Source: a virus. Taken from it: 64,000 nt of DNA. Below, piece by piece: positions 58,201 through 64,000 of this stretch; the first letter of the stretch is position 1; every line of letters begins with the position of its first letter. Both the position numbers and the translations under genes were made by a program. A model generated the notes under the pieces. It saw nothing but the letters and a program-made list of their open reading frames with translations, made no database searches and was not told the origin of the DNA. The stretch lies in the IMG/VR virus record IMGVR_UViG_3300027804_002057, one strand, 5' to 3'.

Positions 58201-61200
58201 TGCGTTATATGGAGCTGGTGGTGTAAACTGAACCGATAATGATTGTGTTACAAATTGTGTTTGTCTATTATTTTCAAAATCAATTTTATAAACAATTTCT
58301 GCGGATTGTGAAACACCCCATTTTCTCCAATCAGATAAATTAGGAGCTTGAGCAGGTGTTGTAGTAAATCTACTTATACTTTGAGTTACCCAATTTGATT
58401 TTGAAAAAATAGATGCAGATGAATATCCCAAATTACCAATTAAGTTTCCTAAATAATCATAATCATCAGGTTGTATTGGAGTTGGGTATCCATTATTAGT
58501 TACAATACTGTTTGTTACATTTTGTAATTGAGTTGTACCTTTAAATGTTGTTAATCGTATTGCAGTTCCATTTAAATTTTTTGTCCAAAGGTCTCCTGAT
58601 ATAGATGTGTTTTCGTTAGTACCAACTATTTTATAGGCATCTGCTCCTGCTTTTATACCAGCTATCGTTAATTGACCTTCTGCTCTAATTGGTTTATTAC
58701 CAGCTGCATATGGTGATACTCCATCGGAATCACCATCCCAAATTTTTACTTTCCAAGTTTTATTTTCATTAGGTCCAGCTGCATCGGATGCATCTATATT
58801 AAGAATTGCTTCTCTAGAACCAGCTGTTGTTTCTGGGTCTGGTCCTTGCCAAGGAACTTCACTACCATCGGTATCAATATAATACCATCTAAACCAAACA
58901 GAACCAGTTGTATTAAATGCCGTTGCAATTAAATCAACACCACCTTCAGGTGTTGTTTTAAATCCATCTCTATTATAGTTTATTGTATAAGATGATGCTT
59001 TTAAATCAACTGAACGAGCATTTGGTGGTGCTACATTTTTTGTAAATGTTTGTGTTCTTTGATAAATTGATGATGTATATAAATGCCCCGCTCCTAATGC
59101 AAAAGGATAAACTTGAATTGTATAAATTGCACTGCCGGATACATATGGGTAATCAAATCTATTAAAGTTTAAAGTTGCAGTACTTAGAGATGATGATGAT
59201 AAAGAACCTGTTCTTATATTCCAAATATTTCCTTGTCTTGTCTCAACTGAATTTATTCTCCAAGTACCAGGTGCCGCAGAACGAGTTGTGAAAGTAAGAA
59301 AATCATCTCCCTCTTTTACAACTATTGTTGTATTTGCATTTGCATATGAAGAAATATATCCAACTTCATCAGCTGGTAGTGCTACCGATGTTGGTGATAT
59401 TACAATTTGAATTGGTGGTGCTCCTTCTAATGTTTTATTATATTGTTGTACATAACTCCCAGTGTAAACCGAAGATGTGTAATATGGTTGTATTTCTAAA
59501 TTGTAAGTAACACTACCACTTAATTGTGTCATATTAGAAGCCGGTCCAATTCTTAAAGAACCAGTATTATCTTTATCAAATCCAGTTGGTGCTAATGAAT
59601 TTAAAACTGTACCAGGAGTTATATCACTTCCTATTATTGAAGATTGTGCAACCCAGAATGTACCAGCAACTCTACTTGATGTAAATGATAAATAACGAGA
59701 ACCTTGCTTAAGTTTTATATCAGTTATTGAGGCAGAGTAACTTTGTACTGCGCCTCTTGAATTTGCATTTAAATTTACAACAGATGGTGTTACTTCATAA
59801 ATAATTGTTTCATCTCCAGGTTTACCTTCGGGAACAATAGAAAATACTTTACTTACATTAACTGATTCCGATGAGTATGGTTCTAAATAAGTTGCAGTAA
59901 TAGTAAGTGTTTTACTTTGTGATAAAGGTGAACGTACATAAGAACCCAATGGTAAAGATGGAACAATAAAATTATTATCATCAGTTGCTACAACACTTAT
60001 ATCAGCATTAACACTCGATGTATAATAATATAACCAATATTCAGGAACAAAATCATTATTAATAGACATCGATGGATAAACAAATACCGATGCTGATATT
60101 GGATATAAATTAGTACCCCTTCTATAAAAAGATGCAGTTGCCGATGCTGATGGTGGTGTAAATGTTGATGCTAATCTTGGATTAATTGTAAATGTATCAT
60201 TATCATATACAAAAACTCCGGCATCCAATCCATCTAATAAATCGGTAAGAGTTAGTGTTGTGAATATTGATGATGAATAATTTTGAGAACCAGAACCTAT
60301 CAAATAAATTGTTCTCTGCCCATCAATAGAATCTCTATTAAATATAGCATTATAGTTAAGTTCTTTAGAACCACTTAAACCCGGTGAAACTCCTTTTAAA
60401 AATCCACTAGCAGATGCCTCACTTAATAAAAGATATTGTGAACCAGATAAAACATGCATTTGAACTAATGAACGACCAGCAGGCAAACCTGCTCTTAAAT
60501 TAATTTCGTTTATACCATCAATACGAATAGCTTGAACTTCTAATGAACCAGATGGGTCATTGTTTCTAATAGTAGTACCTCTATAAGGTCTAATTTCATA
60601 GTTTACACCACCCTTACCATCAACAACTCTTGTAATTACAATAGTATCAGTAACACCTTCACACTCACCAGTAAATTCTATAAACTGAACAGGTATATCT
60701 TCTCTAGAACCCGTAAAGTTTTCAACTGTCAATCTTGCCGTATCTAAATTTCTATCTAATAATAGACCAGGAAATTGACCGGGTGTATATTGTGATTGTG
60801 AAAGTTCATTATTATAAAAATCGAATGAACGAGATGTAAAGTTTACCGAACCAGTAAGATAACTTTTTACAATATCTATGAATATTGTTGTTGGTGGTAC
60901 TGGGTTTCCAAATCCAGACCCAGAATCAAATTGAAAATATAAAGATGATGGAATTAATTCTAAACTTTTATTAATTACATTTAAATTACCACCATCAAAA
61001 GTTTTACTTTCTTCAACAATAACAGGAATATAGTTATTATTTATATCGTAAAATTGAAATCTAAAATCAAAAGTTTCTCTTGGTAATGTTCTTGGGATTG
61101 GTTGAATAAAAGATATTTCATTTGGTGAAAATGAACTTTCTTGAGATGCTCTTAAACTTAAATCAGAAATATACCAACCAGTTCCCCTTACCTCAACATA

Positions 61201-62616
61201 TAATTTAGCATTATCAATTTGCTCAGATTGGAAATTAGATGTTATTTGAGATTTTTGAAGAATACTATTATCAGATGTTACTGTCAATATGGTTTGAGAT
61301 ACTGCAGTAGTAACATTATTTGATGTTCTAGAACCACTTATAAAAAATTTAATATAATTTGCAGGTGAAATATTTTGCTGCAATCTAGTATTAAATGTTA
61401 ATGTGTATTCCACACCTTCATTTATGTCCAATGATTTGGATGTATAAAAATAATTTGCATTTACTGCATTACCATCCAACTTAACGGAATTATATAAAAA
61501 ATTTTGATTAAATTGTGTTGTTAAATCATTTGAAGAAGTTATCCAATAGTTTTTAAAATTAAATTGGTCAAATATACCATAGTATTCTTCATTCTTTATA
61601 GTTGATTCTAAATCTTTTAATATTTCATTAGATTCTAATTGTATTTCTTGAATAAATTGATAATCAGCTAAATCAGATTGAGACCTTCTATAAATTTTAA
61701 CTCTAGCAACATCACCAACAAAAGTTTCTAAATCACTAATATTAATTTTAGCAAAAGAACCAGTTAATGCTGTTTTTAAATTATCAACTCCTTCTACATA
61801 ATTAAAAGATGCGGTGTATCTTTGGTTTACAAATGATTGTACCAATCCATTAACTGAATATGGTGTTTGTAATGTTAAATCGGTTTTACTAATTACATCA
61901 TCTACAACAGAATTAAATCCTAAATCAGTAAATTCAATAGTAGTTCCAGCAATTGAACCGGTCCAAGCCCCACCATCATTTATTTGAATAAGATAATTTG
62001 CAGGTAAAGAATAATCAGTAAGTTTTTCACCCTCACCCGGTACTTGCGGAAAACCATCAACACGACCTTTTTGAGTTACAGTAGTTACAATGTTTGAAAA
62101 TATTGGTTTAACAATTTCGTTAATAAAAACATTAGGTCTTCTATAAAATCTTACTTTATCTTCATTTGAAAGTAATCTATTAACTTGAAATGTTCTTTCC
62201 CATTTTAAATTGTAAACATTTTGCCATTCTTCTGGTACTTGTTGTACTATACCATTTTCATCAACATATGTTTTTAATTCACCTAATATTGTAATCTTTG
62301 CGCTACCAATTGGAGTATCTTCATAAACATAAACGGCAACTAATTTAGATGTACCTTCATAATATTCAGGCACACCATTACCAGGTTCGTAGTAAATAGG
62401 GTTACCATTTACATCCAAAATTTGAATTTTAATTTCAGTAGATTCTTTTAAATGCTCAGAACCTTCAATAAGAAATCCATTCTTACCACCAGTAAACGTA
62501 TCTTTAAATTCTGTAATTTTAAAATACTGAGAATTTCTAGCCGTATCGGTTATATAAGTTTGAAATAAAGTTAAATTTTGTGTTAATACGTCTGCGTATT
62601 TTTTTATTACTGCCAT
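55216..62616 (-). CDS. Large tail/baseplate fibre protein (2466 aa) with a C-terminal intramolecular chaperone (peptidase S74-like)
   Basis: Ig-like beta-rich repeats. C-terminal TSARRFKEEI...IGIIAEEL...LWKAVQELSQKVKDLE. Confidence 0.75.
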   Translation of the reverse strand: MAVIKKYADVLTQNLTLFQTYITDTARNSQYFKITEFKDTFTGGKNGFLIEGSEHLKESTEIKIQILDVNGNPIYYEPGNGVPEYYEGTSKLVAVYVYEDTPIGSAKITILGELKTYVDENGIVQQVPEEWQNVYNLKWERTFQVNRLLSNEDKVRFYRRPNVFINEIVKPIFSNIVTTVTQKGRVDGFPQVPGEGEKLTDYSLPANYLIQINDGGAWTGSIAGTTIEFTDLGFNSVVDDVISKTDLTLQTPYSVNGLVQSFVNQRYTASFNYVEGVDNLKTALTGSFAKINISDLETFVGDVARVKIYRRSQSDLADYQFIQEIQLESNEILKDLESTIKNEEYYGIFDQFNFKNYWITSSNDLTTQFNQNFLYNSVKLDGNAVNANYFYTSKSLDINEGVEYTLTFNTRLQQNISPANYIKFFISGSRTSNNVTTAVSQTILTVTSDNSILQKSQITSNFQSEQIDNAKLYVEVRGTGWYISDLSLRASQESSFSPNEISFIQPIPRTLPRETFDFRFQFYDINNNYIPVIVEESKTFDGGNLNVINKSLELIPSSLYFQFDSGSGFGNPVPPTTIFIDIVKSYLTGSVNFTSRSFDFYNNELSQSQYTPGQFPGLLLDRNLDTARLTVENFTGSREDIPVQFIEFTGECEGVTDTIVITRVVDGKGGVNYEIRPYRGTTIRNNDPSGSLEVQAIRIDGINEINLRAGLPAGRSLVQMHVLSGSQYLLLSEASASGFLKGVSPGLSGSKELNYNAIFNRDSIDGQRTIYLIGSGSQNYSSSIFTTLTLTDLLDGLDAGVFVYDNDTFTINPRLASTFTPPSASATASFYRRGTNLYPISASVFVYPSMSINNDFVPEYWLYYYTSSVNADISVVATDDNNFIVPSLPLGSYVRSPLSQSKTLTITATYLEPYSSESVNVSKVFSIVPEGKPGDETIIYEVTPSVVNLNANSRGAVQSYSASITDIKLKQGSRYLSFTSSRVAGTFWVAQSSIIGSDITPGTVLNSLAPTGFDKDNTGSLRIGPASNMTQLSGSVTYNLEIQPYYTSSVYTGSYVQQYNKTLEGAPPIQIVISPTSVALPADEVGYISSYANANTTIVVKEGDDFLTFTTRSAAPGTWRINSVETRQGNIWNIRTGSLSSSSLSTATLNFNRFDYPYVSGSAIYTIQVYPFALGAGHLYTSSIYQRTQTFTKNVAPPNARSVDLKASSYTINYNRDGFKTTPEGGVDLIATAFNTTGSVWFRWYYIDTDGSEVPWQGPDPETTAGSREAILNIDASDAAGPNENKTWKVKIWDGDSDGVSPYAAGNKPIRAEGQLTIAGIKAGADAYKIVGTNENTSISGDLWTKNLNGTAIRLTTFKGTTQLQNVTNSIVTNNGYPTPIQPDDYDYLGNLIGNLGYSSASIFSKSNWVTQSISRFTTTPAQAPNLSDWRKWGVSQSAEIVYKIDFENNRQTQFVTQSLSVQFTPPAPYNAYMQNENSAVVYRVSGELEFNATGNVIKAYRGNTELTHKPSGFTGPQWDAYDEVGYPNQYKVSILSYSSHLTLPSPYNTPNAVLPGNPAYMPPIVGWVDPENNLTGEIVYQIDCEYNSGSISRPGSTLFKTQSLSVQFEGAVGPGIVMRGEWSNQTDYIGQVETTNNRRDAAIYNAVPGTTNYYAAVSGSGPNTYVNPTTSTFYVGGSPPVGFNLIGAKQPDTQPDFWEFLGQEEFFVAAKIAIFEESYVKNTINVGTKNGTGAFANIVIAGGRTDPYIAIGQNATIGTSGGSGTTLNPGGSVIGYDRPGIFLGIYEQGASGTTGRFSIKNTAGDRYLKWNGSGLEIAGDITVTGGNAASQAGVSGSVASGSNTTLQAASSSAASALTIFSGSLGAMAAINAINAGNDALTYIGPGAIVTSRVATNLITSTNYSYTAGNFSDAGTFIDLASSTIRSKGFAVDSSGNAYFKGNLTGASGTFRDTVEVGTGAVAVKLTSTNGTGSLVGYNFALGPTGLQVTDALISGEINASAGSIGNWTVDADTGNLRDSTSRIFFDPALPGMAIKEAGTTRLKVNYGALTNLAGATINLSSVSFAYGPTSIAGGFDINVESAGETFNVASGLYVDSSVLWPSDFEVISAFNRTGYADLYWGYRIYQGATIGVDGSGTLIQEVIVASTYWGGGIDETYAYFSGYNGSFSFSPPNAGATDYQIKYFFVCQGYNSSTGGSGGGFTVSFGVSVPSISAAKNVNVVELTNDGIQVATSPNRYIKLQRNDNSAISVLESKGFVSLIGDSSNTILQLSGTTGGTAIDIAASTGKIVMNGNNIELGSGAITWNPGSNAGIITTYVDGGVRPAIILTNVGSPGGGTIRGMEISLSTWRVGRNTSARRFKEEIEDWQHPSILDAINNVPIRTYYWKIDKDAETRPQQIGIIAEELEAGGLEEYVDYDWFEDPDNPEGPKKWMTSGIAKQELVFVLWKAVQELSQKVKDLENKLNS

Positions 62617-62636
62617 TTGTCTTTTTATTATTCTAA

Positions 62637-62701
62637 GATAAATATTTACATAAATTTTTTATGTTTATAATTATTAAAGAATTCTAAAGAAAACTAAAGA
62701 A
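62637..62701. promoter_or_regulatory. Divergent control region: ATATTTATC motif (minus, 62637-62645) and three TAAAGAA repeats with 10-bp period
   Basis: TAAAGAA at 62675, 62685 and 62695. Palindrome TAAATATTTA at 62639-62648. Confidence 0.55.
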
Positions 62702-62705
62702 CTAT

Positions 62706-62882
62706 ATGAAAAAATACGCAATGATACAAATTGATGCTGAAATACATCATTTATTAAAGGAATTTTGTAAAGAGAAGGGATATAAAATAAATGGGTTAGT
62801 AGAAACCCTTATAAAAGAAAAGGTAGAAGCTTCAAAGAAACCTCTACCCAAAAATATATTACCAGTTAATTCTAGAACTTAA
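62706..62882 (+). CDS. Small ribbon-helix-helix-like DNA-binding protein (58 aa); not in the ORF track
   Basis: MKKYAMIQIDAEIHHLLKEFCKEKGYKINGLVETLIKEKV...: a beta strand, helix, G-turn, helix pattern. It fills the only large gap and overlaps the convergent gene by 11 nt. Confidence 0.7.
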   Translation: MKKYAMIQIDAEIHHLLKEFCKEKGYKINGLVETLIKEKVEASKKPLPKNILPVNSRT

Positions 62883-64000
62883 TTTTAGAGAAACCGTCTA
62901 TCTTTTTAATTTCAATAAGTCCATCTACAATATCTCTCATTTGTTCTAAGTGAGAAATTACCCAAATGAAATCAAATTGGGTTTTAAGATATTGCATCAT
63001 CATAAACAATGAAGATAGGTTATCCGCATCCAATGTACCAAACCCTTCATCTATTACTAAGAAGTTAGGTCTAGGTAGGTTGCATATGTTAATTAGAGCC
63101 ACTCTAATCGCTAATCCAGATATGAACTTCTCCATACCACTACACATCTCTAAAGCCCATTCCTGGTCTTCGTAAACGATTTTAGCGTTAATGTTCTTTC
63201 CATCAGTATCCATTGAGATTGAGAAATCTACTACTTGTCCTAATATATTATTCACTTCGTTTTCAATTGCTGGAAGTGCTTTGGATATTAGTTCGTAAGG
63301 TACTCCATCTTTCTTAACTGCATCTAAGTAGAATGTATATAATTGGTTTTTAGTTTCCAATTCTTTTACTTCTTCCATCTTAGCTTTCATATTATCAATA
63401 TAGGTTTTAGTTGCTCCTACATCTGACATCAATTTCAACATAAGTTTATTTACATCCGATATTTGCTTTTCTACACCTTGCTTCTCTCTACGGACATTTT
63501 GGATTTGAACATCTAATGCCTGATTCTTAGTGATTGTTTCTTCGTTATCGTTGTATCTTTGAATATCAGCGTTTACACTTTCCGTTTGAGTTTGTAATAA
63601 TTCAATTTTAGAATCTGCCGTTCTTATATCACCTTCTAATCTTTCTCTAATAGTAATTAATCTCTTATGTTCATCTGTCCACTCTTTCCATTGATTGAAT
63701 TGTTCTTCTACACCTTCCCAAGAATCCAAAGTTTGTTGGATACCCGTACATTGTATAGTTGCGTTTTGAACAAACCTTTGTAATTCAGGCAATGCTTCTT
63801 TTGCTCGCATTGCATCTTTAACAAACTCATTATCACAACAAAATTTACAATTTGGGTCATATTCATGTTTATTCAAATGGTTAATCTTTTCTTCCGCAGA
63901 ATTTAATTGTGATTTTACTGTTGAATAAACTTTTTCTGCTTCAATTAAATTCTTTTGTTCTTTTTGATAATTTGAATATGCAACTTCTATACCAATTTCG
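62872..64000 (-). CDS. SbcC/Rad50/T4 gp46-like recombination ATPase, C-terminal part (5' end lies outside the window)
   Basis: Zinc-hook CKFC, coiled coil, signature CSGMEK, Walker B/D-loop FLVIDEGFGTLD, VISH. The frame is open to base 64000. Confidence 0.9.
   Translation of the reverse strand, partial: EIGIEVAYSNYQKEQKNLIEAEKVYSTVKSQLNSAEEKINHLNKHEYDPNCKFCCDNEFVKDAMRAKEALPELQRFVQNATIQCTGIQQTLDSWEGVEEQFNQWKEWTDEHKRLITIRERLEGDIRTADSKIELLQTQTESVNADIQRYNDNEETITKNQALDVQIQNVRREKQGVEKQISDVNKLMLKLMSDVGATKTYIDNMKAKMEEVKELETKNQLYTFYLDAVKKDGVPYELISKALPAIENEVNNILGQVVDFSISMDTDGKNINAKIVYEDQEWALEMCSGMEKFISGLAIRVALINICNLPRPNFLVIDEGFGTLDADNLSSLFMMMQYLKTQFDFIWVISHLEQMRDIVDGLIEIKKIDGFSKIKF

Noticed and set aside
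6741-63175. Remaining short plus-strand ORFs in the track
   Set aside because: They lie antisense within well-supported minus-strand genes and have no recognisable motifs.

Overview
This is a 64-kb, AT-rich segment of a large T4-like (gp20/gp21/gp23-type) dsDNA phage, covering the virion-morphogenesis region. Almost all genes are on the minus strand. In transcription order they are: an SbcC/gp46-like ATPase (truncated by the window edge), a 2466-aa tail protein with a C-terminal S74-type chaperone, a glycosylation cassette (GT-B/methyltransferase/GT-A fusion, Aah/TibC-like O-heptosyltransferase, RfaE-domain-II-like nucleotidyltransferase), an 888-aa multi-module protein, large terminase, portal, several small head proteins, prohead protease, scaffold, major capsid protein, head fibres, neck proteins gp13/14/15, and giant fibre proteins of 4674 and 3730 aa with adaptors and an LRR tip. 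A perfect TTTG-N20-TAnnTTTG promoter and mostly SD-less, A-rich starts point to a Bacteroidota host. Highlights: (1) The 4674-aa protein has 25 phycobiliprotein-like CxRD cores and 25 separate amphipathic helices arranged as balanced brackets, which predicts a branched single-chain 'tree' fibre. (2) There is a candidate phage protein O-heptosylation system, with about 1,100-residue, nearly Pro-free Gly-Thr/Ser-Ser collagen-like fibres as likely substrates. (3) The fibre carries amicyanin-like type-1 copper motifs. (4) A conserved ATA(T/C)TTAT late-promoter-like motif is the reverse of T4's. (5) The scaffold-capsid operon has a structured leader, and there is an unannotated RHH gene with 10-bp-phased repeats. 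All family assignments come from motif recognition by eye; no searches were run.
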